A stretch of DNA of 64,000 nt from Callorhinchus milii (lineage: Eukaryota), in assembly GCF_018977255.1 (NCBI RefSeq), contig NW_024704743.1, positions 100,628,001 through 100,692,000 of the forward strand, written 5' to 3'. Numbering within the stretch: position 1 is the stretch's first letter; the number at the start of each line of letters is the position of its first letter. A program made the position numbers and the translations under genes. Of this stretch, positions 38,204 to 50,191 are shown piece by piece. The notes beneath the pieces were generated by a model. The model was not told the origin of the DNA, did no database searches, and saw nothing but the letters and a program-made list of their open reading frames with translations.

Positions 38204-39239
38204 ATATATTGGCATCTTTAAGCAAATTACGGAGATGTTGGTTGTGTGAGTGACCTTATATTCAAAGCGTTCAGAGCACAATTGATGAAGTGCCTCACAT
38301 GAGCCATTTGTTTAAAGTGATAGCTGTGCAATGAGTTGTAATGTAAGCAAGTTGTAAATTGGTTAGTAAGTGAGAAAGAAGATTAAAAAAAGCGAAGAAA
38401 AGTGAACAGTCATAGCTGCAATCAGATAACTGTGACCCACAGGGTAGGCTGACGTTAAGGTCATCTTTTCACAAGTTTATAAATTATGTTAAAGAATGTA
38501 TTGAAAATGGAATGTCTAACTTGTAGTGATGCCAAGTTAAATAGGAATAGGATGAGAGGGATATAACTCAAAGAGATTAATAGCAGCCCAGCATATGGTA
38601 CTTAGGACGTCCCTCTGTGATTTAGACTTGGAAAATAATATCCTTCTAGAAACAGGAGTTACTAGGACTGGTGTGATTTTTATGGGGTGTATTTTCATCT
38701 GGTACACTGATCATGTACACTCAGAACCTCGGAATGTCCTCCTGATGTGAAAGGCGCTATACAAATGTGATTTTGTATTGTATTGCATCTTAAAAGGTAG
38801 CTGCAAAGGAAACACAGAGTTCTAGGATACATTGTCTAATACCATATGCTACTGATTTGATCTTGTTAAAGTGTGATGGAGGAATATCTCAAGACTCACC
38901 CGGGGGAGATCGAAGCCTCAAATTGAAGGCAAGACCAAATTTAAGCACTTTGATATGTTCTCCCATGTGAAAGGTTCTATATAAAATACAAGGAATTCCA
39001 CCAGGCTTAACTGGCTCTTTGTCTGATGCACTTTGATGTTCTTACTGTTCTCAACCTCTACAATCTCCTACAATCCCACTTTCTGGCTCAGTTCATCTGT
39101 TTCTCATACTCAGGTCCATTGCATGTCCCTCGCCATATTTTAAAGGATAACTATGTCCTGTCATTGGAAACTTGTGCTCTTGCATAATCCCTTCACCTTA
39201 CATCCTCTCTCTCCCTGCTTTCAAAACGCTCCTAAGTAT

Positions 39240-39422
39240 AATGTCTACCTGAACAGGCAGTTGGGACCTCGGTTTAACATGTCATCTGAAAGAACATCAC
39301 CTCCAACACTTCAGCACTCTCCCAAAGCTGCAATAAACTGTCAGTCTAGACTGAATTCAAAGTCCTGATGTGGACATGATCCCACAACCTTCTGACTCAG
39401 AGTGCTACCAACTGAGCCAATC
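39240..39422 (-). mobile_element. Deu-type SINE 5' half
   Basis: CCTGAACAGGCAGTTGGGACCTCGGTTTAAC...CTTCTGACTCAGAGTGCTACCAACTGAGCCAA. Confidence 0.75.
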
Positions 39423-39934
39423 TATACTGGATGATTTAGAGTTTGCAAGAAACCCCAAGAGAAATGCAAGGAATATCTTTTCCTCATTAATACATCTAAT
39501 ATGAATACGCCTACTCTGTGGAAAGGGGATAAGATCTTCCTTAGTGTTTGCTTCATATCTCATGCTTAACATAAGGCTGGGATATTTTTCTGTCTTGTAG
39601 TGAGAGATTCCATCTCTTGAGAAAACCCAAACTAAATGATCTTTTTAGGCTTTTTGATCTGCACTGCATCTCTTTTCTCATAATGGGCTGTTTATCTGAT
39701 AATATGAATTTCCACCATGTTCTGTTCTTTACAGGATTTACTGTAAAGTGAAGTGACTGTATTTTGAGGGCAAATGTAGCATTCGGAAATCTGTGTTAGC
39801 CTAGACTGAGGTCAAAGTTCAGATTCTATAATTTGGAGTAAATCATTAAGCGTATCTGAATACAGGCATTGATAGTCAATTACTGCCCTTTGCATTATCA
39901 GGAGGAATTCAAACCGCAAAAATTATATGCGTCA

Positions 39935-40205
39935 AAGATAAAATAATAAGGAAGTGATTAGGGGATTTGAAAGAAAAGCGATCTTCATGCACAGGGTAAT
40001 CCAAATGTGGAACTCGGTGTGCAAAGCGGTGCTTGAAGCAGATAGATGCATTCAAGAGGAGGTTAGATATAGGGAGGGAGAAGGGAATATTGTAGAAGGA
40101 TATGGGAGAGAGTAAGCAGTGGATAGAAACTCATGTGCAGTATATACTAGTCCGGCACAGATTAGTTGGCCTGAATGGCCTATTTCAGTATTGTGCTGTC
40201 TATGT
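39935..40205 (+). mobile_element. CR1 3' end, decayed
   Basis: CAGGGTAATCCAAATGTGGAACTC...GCATTCAAGAGGAGGTTAGAT...GGCCTGAATGGCCTATTTC. Confidence 0.7.
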
Positions 40206-42109
40206 CTATGTAAAAAATATTTTGGGCATGCCACCATTCATTATCCAAACTTACCACTTCAGAAATCATCAGTGGATTGTTTACACAACTTAAATGCAGC
40301 CTTACACTAATAAAATTGAAAACTGTAAAACTACAGCAATTCTTTGAAAGTTCTACCTTCCTTTTCTGCTAGTAAAACTGACAGAGGGGATTTTAGGGGC
40401 AGCAAACTTTCCAGGAGAATTGGAAACCAGTGTCCAAGTCGTTTCCATGGATTGCTGAAGCTGTTGAACTGTTGTAACTCTAATAAAGGAGACTGTAGCT
40501 GCGAGGTAGTTTAGAATTTGGTACATGTAAAGTTGTAGTGAACAGATTATTTAGAACTTTGGTTTCTTCTAGCCTCTGCTACAAAGGCTGTGATGTGCAC
40601 CATCGCTTCAACACTGCTTGGAGATATTCCACTTGCAGCGTGCTGCTCCCATATAACTCTGACAGAAAGCTGTCAATTCTCATCTCATCCGGTGTCCTAT
40701 AATCAAGTGCAATAAACTGTAATTTCTCGAGTCCAGTAGCTTTCCTTAAAAAAAGTAGTCATTGCCCATTAGTTATACCGCCTCTAGACCTCTCCCTCCT
40801 TAAAGTATGGAATGCAACTTTGTGCAAAAAGACTGTAGGCAAAGGAAGATCTGATAAGAGATGCTGTATCAACTGCAAGCAAATCTGACTTTTGCCTATT
40901 TATTGCCAAAGGCAGAAATTGTAAAAGAAGAATGTTTTACTAAAAGTAACAAGTTGCCCACCTTATCTCTTGTTCAATCCATCATGTTGTTTCTCCAGTA
41001 GTCTGTAGCATCCTTACACATCTTATACCAGCCATAAATCAGCAAAGATCTTAAAATATAGAGAATTTCAAAGTAAATGAATGCTGTACTGGACCTCTCC
41101 CATTAATGACGGACAGTCGTCTGCAAACACATAGTTCCTAGATTTTACAGAAAATCCTGTGAAAAGCTTTGAGACATTTCAATCAAGTGAGACTGTGTTA
41201 TATCATATGCAAGATTCTTTTTATTATCATTAATAAGTTTTTTTTAACCGTGATAACAGGTCATTCTTAAGCCACAGAAGTTTGTGAGGATTTTAAGATG
41301 AGTTACATTATTTTATTCTCCACATTCTATCAACAACATCAAATTACATTTGTATAGCGCCTTTCACGTCAGAAGGATGTCCCAAGAAGCTGAAACTGCA
41401 CTCACTGCAAATGTTAAGAATGGAATTTTGGGCCCTAATGTGCAATGTATTTTGGAATACATAAACATTAGTTTAGAGCGACACATAAACATTAGCTTAG
41501 AGCGCTCATGCTATCCGTAATATTTGCTTAAAAATGTGCTCCTTGCTGTATGTTGCATCACTTGTGAGTTTAGGGTCTAGAAAACACTTAAAGTCTCCTT
41601 CCAATATTGCATGGAGAAGCATTGCATGATTCAGATTTCAAGCTTTTACCGATCAAAGAAATACATTCTGAAACTGATTTCTTACCACTGACTGCTGATC
41701 AAATTTAAACTCTACAAAGGGGCAAGAAATCAATTTCAAAGAGGGTCCACTTGATGCACGTCAGCCTGCAGCCTGCTTTGTGTAATGGTTCACCCAGAAT
41801 AAATCAGTTTGGCAGCTTTTTAAAATATTAAAAATGGTTTGGCCTCGGTTTTGCAAGTTGTTTTTTTCTTTACCTCATTAACATCTTCAGTCATGTAATT
41901 CGCACTAACCTCCAGCCTGGAGATGGATTGTTCAGTGATCCCTTCATAGTGCTTTGTCAATACTGTACTGCTGAAGACTAGCCACTGGAAGGCCTGTAAA
42001 AGCAGCAATTTGTCTTTGCTGTTTTGTTTATGTAAATAGCGTTGCAAAACAAAATTCGCACACTGAGTTGAATTAATATATATCACATACCACTTACAGA
42101 TATCTTGCA

Positions 42110-42712
42110 TGTGTCAGACTGGTAAACTCATCCCTGGGGCAGAAGGTTGTTGATTTAAGCCCCACATTGGGACTTGAGTTCATAGTCTCATAGTTACTCC
42201 AGTACAGTGCTGGTGAAGCACTACACTGGTTGTAGATGCTGTATTGCAGTCTGCATGTTCAGCTGGATGCTAAAGATCACATGACCCTACTTGAAAGGAG
42301 AAGGGAGTTTATCCCAGTGTCATGGCCAACAATCCTCCAGATAGGTTGGTCGTTCAGTACATGCTTGTTTATGGGATCTTGCTGTCAAAAAATGGCTCGC
42401 GTTTACCCACAGACCACTCAAACAATAACTATAAAGTATTTTGAAATATTTTGACATAATAAGGCACTATAAAAATGTGTTTTCTTCCAAAATAAGTTTC
42501 CTTTTCCACATGATTTTGCTTCTGACTTTTTCTAGTTATTTAGATCAATAATGATAATAATAGTCCCAGCATTTGATATAGTGCCTCATGACATCATTGA
42601 AACACCTCAAACTCTTTCACAGAATTTTTATTGTAAAGTGCAATGATTGTATTTGTAGATGAATGTAGCAGCCAATTTGAGCACAGCAATGTCCCACAAA
42701 CAGCCATGAAAT
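42110..42712. mobile_element. Two Deu-type SINEs tail-to-tail (+ 42110-42480; - 42548-42712)
   Basis: Head GTGTCAG...GAAGGTTG, core AAAGATCACATG; second copy (AAT)n...GCAATGTCCCACAAACAGCCATG. Confidence 0.7.
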
Positions 42713-43477
42713 AAGTCCTGGTCTGGTAAATAAATGCCAACACTTTCACTCTTGCACAGAATGTGTTATATTACCACATTGGCCATGACGTGATTATATA
42801 TATATATTAATAGGATGTCTCTGCTCTGACATGCACAGAATATAAACCTGCTTGCCTAATCATGGAGAGTTTAGGCACAGGTTGACAATACCACAGAGTG
42901 TAAGCTGGGGTGCTGCTGGAGTTTAACCAGCTAAAGCTGCGCAGCTTGGAATTGCAAAAACTGCCATACTTCTTACTGCTTGTTTAGGAGGGACACCCTG
43001 CCAGTTAGAGTTTTCGCTTGTAGGGTTAATTAACAGAAGCTGAGTGCTAAAACAATCTCAGCTCTCAGCATAACAAAACAAGATTGATGTTGTGTAAAGA
43101 GTAGCATTGTCTAAGCATCACAACCACTTATTGTTGGGTCTATCTGATGTAAAGGAGTCTTTCGACAGTAATTAACTGGAACACACACACAGAAGCATTC
43201 AGCGCTGACCTGATGAATTCTTTATTCTGCTTTTTTTTGTCATGTTAATCTTCTTCATTGTAATACAGCAGCACTATGTAAATTGCTGCAAACGTCACAG
43301 TTTATCAAGTGACAATTTTAAACTGGTTAATTTCCTTGGAGTATAATTTGGTCACTGTATGAGGGCACTCTGAAGAGTGTGAAAAACAAGTATGGTTGTG
43401 CCAAGCAATGTTGCTGTTCATAAAATTTGTTAATGGTATCAATAAAGTTATTGTAAGTTGAATGCTTAAATTACTGA

Positions 43478-43662
43478 TAATAATAATCCTTGTATTTTAT
43501 ATAAGGCATTATCATGTCTTTGAGACGTCTTAAAATGCTTTGCAGAATAATTTAATAATTTGAATGTCAGCATAGACTGTGACTTCAAGGTCCTGACGTG
43601 GGACTTGAACCCAAAAACCTTCTGACTCAGAGGAGAGATTGCCCCCAATGAGCCAGACTGAC
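43478..43662 (-). mobile_element. Deu-type SINE, internally deleted
   Basis: Tail TAATCCTTGTATTTT joined to head GGACTTGAACCCAAAAACCTTCTGACTCAGAGG. Confidence 0.7.
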
Positions 43663-43903
43663 CACAGTGATAAGAGAATTACCCCGGTAGCACTGAGCAC
43701 CTGCCAAAGTATTTTAGTTGCTCATTGTCATTGACTGCAAACTGCTCATTTGACAATATGCTACACTATAGGCTATTAGCTGTGAAATTAGTTGATTTCA
43801 GAAGAAGATTCTTGACATTATTAAAGAGCTGTTACAAATAAATTGACATTCAAGCACTGCTTAGTAGAGCAATGCTTCAACTACTCTCAGTCAAGGGCAA
43901 AAG

Positions 43904-44207
43904 TATAATAATAATAATATAATAATAATAATCCTTGCATTTGATATAACACTTTTCACATCTTCTCATATTCAAAGTGAATTGACCGTATATTTGTGGG
44001 CAAAACGCAGCAGCCAATTGCTCACAGCAAAGTCCCACAAACAGTCGTGGATTGAAAATGACCAATTTATTATTGTTTTGTTTTGGAGGGATTATTATTA
44101 TTAGGCGTGTGGAGTAAGGAAACTTGCCCAAGGTTTCGCTCTGCCTGGAATTGAACCCAGGTGTCTCGTTTGGAAGGCAAGTGTTCTCACCACTGAGCTG
44201 CAGGACT
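43904..44207 (-). mobile_element. Young tRNA-Ala SINE, short form
   Basis: Matches the 26213 and 52784 copies. Confidence 0.9.
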
Positions 44208-46514
44208 TTTCACTGTAGTGTGGAAAGATAAGGGAAACTGCCAAGTTTAAGTGTCAGTCTGTCTGATTTGGGGGCAATCTCTCCTCTGAGTCAGAAGGTT
44301 TTTGGATCCAAAAGTATTGTGGATCTAGCAGGAAAACTGCACTATGTTGGAATGCTGCCTTCATTATACCTACTATACAGAACACATAAACCAGAGTTTG
44401 TTACAAGACAGCTGCACAACAAGGGATATCATTCCCAGTTTATATTGTAGTTTTAGCGCCCACAGATATTTTGATGATGACTCACTGCCATCCGACATAT
44501 TTTAGGGTTGAGCCAGTGTGAACTGTGCAAGAGCCCAACATCACCTGGAAGAGTTGGTTTCTGCACCGGAATGATGCACACTTATTGCAGTATGACCGCC
44601 TGGCCTCTACCACCCATTTTGGTAATATACAGTTCTGAAGGTGACTAAGGAGGTCATCTCCAACATAGCATACAAACTTTTACAACTACAAGCTGTATAC
44701 AGGGGACAAACCTCACATGTGAGTTTCTTCATATTGAATGGGTGCATCCACTGAAATAGCTTGCAATCAATCACAGTCACATCTCCTGCACATCCGTCCA
44801 AGTGTAACAGATGGTTATATAGTGCATCTCGGAAGCTTCAAAACACTGTGCAGTGTGAATGGTGGATTGTGTTAGCTTTCTGAATTCTAGGCACCCTAGG
44901 ATGTCACCACCCACTCTGTGAGTGAGCAATTTTCAATGGCAGTGAGCCCAAACCATTGACCTTTGCATTGCAGTGTTGAGACTAGAACACCATCCATATA
45001 TATCGTTTGAACTAATTGTACAGAACAAAGAGAAACTGTTTGATTAAAGCTATGTGGAAATCACATAATCCAGCTTTGTTTTTCCAGGTTAGATTTGAAA
45101 TGTCTGTAATCCATTTTGCAGCATTTATCCAAGTGTTGTGCATGTTCATGTAGCTGCATATAACCAAGCTTCAAAGTGAGTTGTAGGCTGATCTACAGGT
45201 TTGGTGTGGATGTTTTCAGAGTTACAGGCATCCAGGGGTCTCATTGAACTGACCTGTCTGATTAATGGCAAACTTACTGTTTGTCAACTTACTGTTTACA
45301 CAACTTGCATGTGGCATATTTATATACAATTCACATTATAGACCACATCTATTTATTTCCCCTCTATTGCATATTATGTTATATTCCGCATTCAAATACA
45401 TATATTATTCTTGAAGTCGCTCTGTGAAGTGCTTTGTGCTTTGAAATAAGACACCCTATCAATTGCAAGTTTTATTATTCATATCATGCATTCATTCAAT
45501 TTGTGCAAACCCTTTCGTATGCCCATATCTCACTTCCAATTATCACCCAGATATGGAGATTAGTGATCCAAACAAATTTTATATTACAAGACTGGAGTAA
45601 ACTATAGGGGAAGTGGGAAGTAAATGGGACAGAAAGGATTGCTCTTAAAGGAACCAGCACAAACATGATGGGCTAAATGATCTGTTGTGCTGTAAATGCC
45701 TATGGTTCTGTGGCTCTCTGTTTCTTAGCTCTAGCGACATTTGAAATATGAGCAAGAAAATCTAAATACTGAATATTCAAAAAGGTTAAGAATTTATATT
45801 TGGTCAACATGAAATTGTTTGGTCTTAAAAGATTATCATCGCTTTGGACTTTAGTATGGCTCTTCCTTGTACTTCCTTTTACTATTATGTTTCCTTATTA
45901 TATGAAACATATTAGTGAACATTTCAAGGTGTGCTGTGATGATGACTATCATCCAGAATTCTTACATTGATGATAAATTCACTCAAGGCCAGTCGATACA
46001 TCATCGATTGGCTGTGACTTGGGGACAATAGTTTGGCGTGAAGCTATCTGCAATTGGCGTTGCTGAAGTATAGCATTCAAATGTTGGTTCATATAATATA
46101 GGCTTAACTCATTAAAAACTTCAGGCTTGAGTCCAACTATCGTTTGAAAATAAGGCTGCAGTAATAATCCTTACTTTTGATTTAACGCCTTATCACATGG
46201 GGTTCACATACATGGCTAGTCAATAATTATTGACTGGACTCAATGACATTCATCAATATCTGATAATTATCATGTCAAAGTTCAAAATTTTCATCTTGAG
46301 TATTCACATTTACTCCTAAGAGAATAAATAAGATATATAGTTTATATTAAACCACATTCTGCAGCTACAGCAGAAACCTACACTTTTGTAGTGATTAGTT
46401 AAACATCACAAAACACTGTCTGCTGTAATTCACCTTCCTCTATTCATTAGAACATTAAATACATCACATTCCTTTATGCAGTTAAACAGATAAGTAACAT
46501 TACAGAACTAATTT

Positions 46515-46905
46515 GCATCAACCTGGCTCAGTTGAAACCACTCTAACCTGAGCCAGAATGTTGTGGGTTCAAGGCCCACATCGAGATTTTGAACTTGCAG
46601 TCTAGGTTGACACACCAATACAGTGCTGCAGGAGTGTTGGATTGTCGGAGGTCCTGTCTGCCGATTCAGGTAGACATTTAAAGATATTTTGCCACAAGTC
46701 AAACGTGAAGGGAGTTTCTCTGATTATCCTGGCAACAATTTCCCAGATAAAATTGGTCATTGAATTTTATAGCTGTTTGTCAGACATTGTTGTGTGCAAA
46801 TTAGTTACCAGATTGGCCTACAAAATAGTAACTAAATTTTGCAGTAAATTCTACAAAGCATTTTGAGATGTATTCCTGACATGAATGCTGCTCAAATGCA
46901 ATTTC
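46515..46905 (+). mobile_element. Deu-type SINE, near full length
   Basis: CCTGGCTCAGTTG head, GTGGGTTCAAG B-box-like, GGTCCTGTCTGCCGATTCAGGTAGAC core. Confidence 0.75.
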
Positions 46906-47529
46906 TATAATTTAATAAGTTAAAATCAAGAATTGCATTTTCCTCTCTTTTTTCCCTTTTACTCAATCTCTATGCATTTACTTTATTTGCTTCAGTCAAG
47001 CCACGTTCCCAGATTTGCTAAACTTGGATTCACCTTGAAAATTTGTTCAACTTTACTTGGACGGTGCGTAATATTAATAATTAGCAGCGTGAATATTGCT
47101 TCCAACTCAGCCAAGATAGGCTTTTGTCTACATCTGGCTGTATGTTGTGCCAATCCTCAGCTAAACAGTTATCAGTTGATTTGCTTTTCAAGAACATTGC
47201 CCAGGAACTCATTGGGATTCAACTCCAAGGATTTAGTTGGTCATGGTGTATATCTAACATTCTGCCTAAAATGATACAGTTCAGACCAATGACAAAAGCT
47301 TTGTTTGTTCCATGAAATGTATTGCTTCAGAAGTCTCAAATTTTTTGGAAGCCTATGTATTTTATAAGCCTCTCATTTTCTGGTACCATCCATAATGCAA
47401 TCACTAACCAAAATGATAACAAAATAATATTATCTGGTTTAATTTAAAAGTACTATATTACTGACTTGCTGTAGAAACTCGTAAGCAACATGGTTAAGAT
47501 TTCAGAAAACATCCAAATGCTGGTTTGTA

Positions 47530-48105
47530 AAACTTAGATTTATTTAGCGCTCTCCACGCCGGACGGCATCTCAGAGCGCTTTCCAGTTTAGGATCCCGGT
47601 ACCGAACCAGGGGGAGGGGTGGAAAGGTGACCAAAGACGCGGTCGAAAAGAAAGGACTTCAGCAGAGACCTAAAATGGGAAGGGAGAGAGCGAGACGAAG
47701 GGAGTGAGGAAGGCAGTTCTGGGCGTAGTGGCTGAAGGCACAGCCGCCGAGGGTGGAGCAGAGGACTCGGGGGACAAGGAGGAGGCCAGACCCGGAGGAA
47801 TGAAGGCAACGGGTACTGTGCTGAGGAGAAAGGAGGTCGGAGAGGTAGGGGTGTGCAGAGGAGTGCAGGGACTTGAATACGAGGGTGAGGATCTTGAAAT
47901 CGATCCTCTCTGGGACAGGCAGCCAGTGCAGTCTGGCATGGACTGGGGTGATCAGGGAGCGGAGTTTCGTGCAGGTGAGAATGCGGGCGGCAGAGTTCTG
48001 AATGAGTTGGATTTTATGGATGGTAGTGGATGGGAGACCACTAGGAGGGCGTTTGAATAGTCCAGCCGAGAGGTGACAAAGGCATGGACCAGAATTTCAG
48101 CGTCT
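47530..48105 (-). mobile_element. L2 LINE 3' end of a second, CpG-rich subfamily
   Basis: Minus strand reads AFVTSRLDYSNALL...LHWLPVPERIDFKILTLVFKSL; tail stem-loop differs from the main L2 family. Confidence 0.85.
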
Positions 48106-48871
48106 TTTGGATAAAGCATTGGATGGTGAGATCACCCTGTAGCTCATTCAGATATTTTTCCTGCACCCTGCTTGCTCGTTTGTTCCTTTTGATGAATGGA
48201 TGTAGGACGTCTGTTATTATTAATGTTTAATCGAGTGCTGCCAAGGATGCCACTCAAGCAAAGGGCTGTAATTTAAAGTGAATAAAGAAGCTATGCACGT
48301 TCGCCAGATAATAGCGCTGCAAAAATCAGAAAGCGTAGCAAAGGAATCATTTTGCACACCATCCATTCGTATAAGAAAATCTTTCAAAATATCGAACCTA
48401 TTTCACATATTTACTCCAATACACATAAAAATGGCACATGTCACATTGATAGGAGATGTATGTGCTATGTATAGGAGGTGTGCATCATTTATATACCTCT
48501 GTGCTGATTCTGAAGAAAATTGATATCGTTTGTCGCAGTGAAACTTGTCGTGTTCGTTTTAACACAAGCTTTTCTACTATACTAATTTTTCAGTGGCGTA
48601 GCTGTACATGTGTCATAAATAAGATGCACGCAATAAATGTTAGATGATGGGTCGGTATCACTCAATTTTTTGCTGCGAGTTTTAGAAGTTTTTTTTAATC
48701 ACAACACATTATCTTGTGTTGCTTTTCCCAACAAATGGACTGAAACCTCACAGCTACAGAAAAATAAAAGTAAGACAATATATTCGTGGCCTGGCCCAGA
48801 GGGAAGAAACAACAGGAGACCTGATCTGTTCTGCAGCCATTTCTTCCCTCGACATCTTCTGACAGTGGAAG

Positions 48872-49180
48872 GACTATTTTGGGGTTGGGTACCTGATACC
48901 CATTGACACTCATGCTTAAGAGTATCCAAACCAGACTGAGCTCCATGTAGGTCACCGTAAGGAAATTTTTCTGCGTCTGGAATGGAATTGTGTCTCTGGA
49001 GGGACATACTCTGCTTACCAAATTCTGAATAGTATCAGACACAGGTTGGGGAAAACCAATACTTGAACCACTGTGTGCGTTGGGAGTAATGCTGGAATTT
49101 AACCTGTTAAAAACATTTAATTTGCCATTGAGAACAGTGTCTGGCAAGCTTCCCGTTGCCTGCCCAGCCAGGACTAGCAC
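48872..49180 (-). repeat. Unnamed ancient interspersed repeat, copy D
   Basis: Minus strand GGGAAGCTTGCCAG...GGTAAGCAGAGTATGTCCCTCCAG...GGTTTGGATACTCTTAAGCA. Confidence 0.7.
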
Positions 49181-49967
49181 TAAAGCAGTCAATTAGCAAT
49201 ATCCCACAAACAGCTTTGAAGTGAATGACCATTTATACTCAAGGGCAAATAATATTCACTACATTTAACTGATGAAGATTAGACATTTGGGCAGATACTG
49301 AAGGGATCCCGGGGCCTGTGGAAATACATCTCAGCCCATTTCAATGCCTTCCACATGAGTCAGGTGACAGCTGCCTTTGTTAAGTCCTTGTCATCTCAAA
49401 ATTGATTTTAAATTGAGATGTAGAGGCAGAAGAACTGAATACAAATCACGAAAGTCTATAATTTCCTAAATATTAATTTTAGATCAACAGTGTGGAACCT
49501 TCTTTTTGTTGTGAAAGTTTTTTCTTTGCTAAAGCAAAGTTGAGCCTTCTCAAAAGGTATGAGAGTTATCGTTGAAAAAAAATGAAACTCTATCTGGGTA
49601 TAAGTTCAATTTTGCACTTTGCAAACCGTTCTCTGTGAAAATAACAGCTGGAAGTGAGCGATACATTTGCGTTTGTACAGCTGATGAAGCACACAGCGTC
49701 CCAACATAATTAACACACATAAATTACCACAAGAAATCATTGCAGACCAGAATATAAAATCACACATTTATTCCACAACGGTAGAAAGAGGTTAAAGTGA
49801 ACTTAGATAAACTCTCAAGTTTTCTAGAAATTAAGTTTGAGTGATCCCTGTATAATCTTATAAATATAAATTTAAGTTCCACTAATACAGAATGCTTATA
49901 TTGATTTCATTTTCTTAAGCTTTTATCTTAATTTGTTTTGTGCTCTTCATTGCTATTGAATCAAGTG

Positions 49968-50191
49968 GATAGAAATTCCACCTGGGCTAGATTTACTGTA
50001 CCAGTTCAGAGCATCAGGAATTTGATAAATTGTTGAACTCAGTCTTAACCTGAAGTCGATTTTCTATAATTCTTAAAATAAACCAACAGAAAGCCCTCTT
50101 CAAAATTAGGGCTATGTTTCAGAGCTTGATAAATTTTGGATGATCTGAAATGATAGTTGATAGTGAATCTCAACACAGGTGGAATTTTATC
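49968..50191. mobile_element. Palindromic MITE-like element (same terminal motif as 10471)
   Basis: GATAGAAATTCCACCTG ... CAGGTGGAATTTTATC, with further internal complementarity. Confidence 0.7.

Noticed and set aside
44633..44718. 86-nt exon with IQ-like LQAVYRG and GTGAGT donor
   Set aside because: Weak acceptor, incomplete IQ motif, no supporting homology.
45936..46070. C/D box snoRNA (GTGATGA...CTGA)
   Set aside because: No terminal stem adjacent to the boxes, no clear D' box and no recognisable rRNA guide.
48695..49192. 165-aa ORF over the ancient repeat copy D
   Set aside because: The frame is not maintained at length in the other three copies, it has a TTG start, and no domain is recognised.
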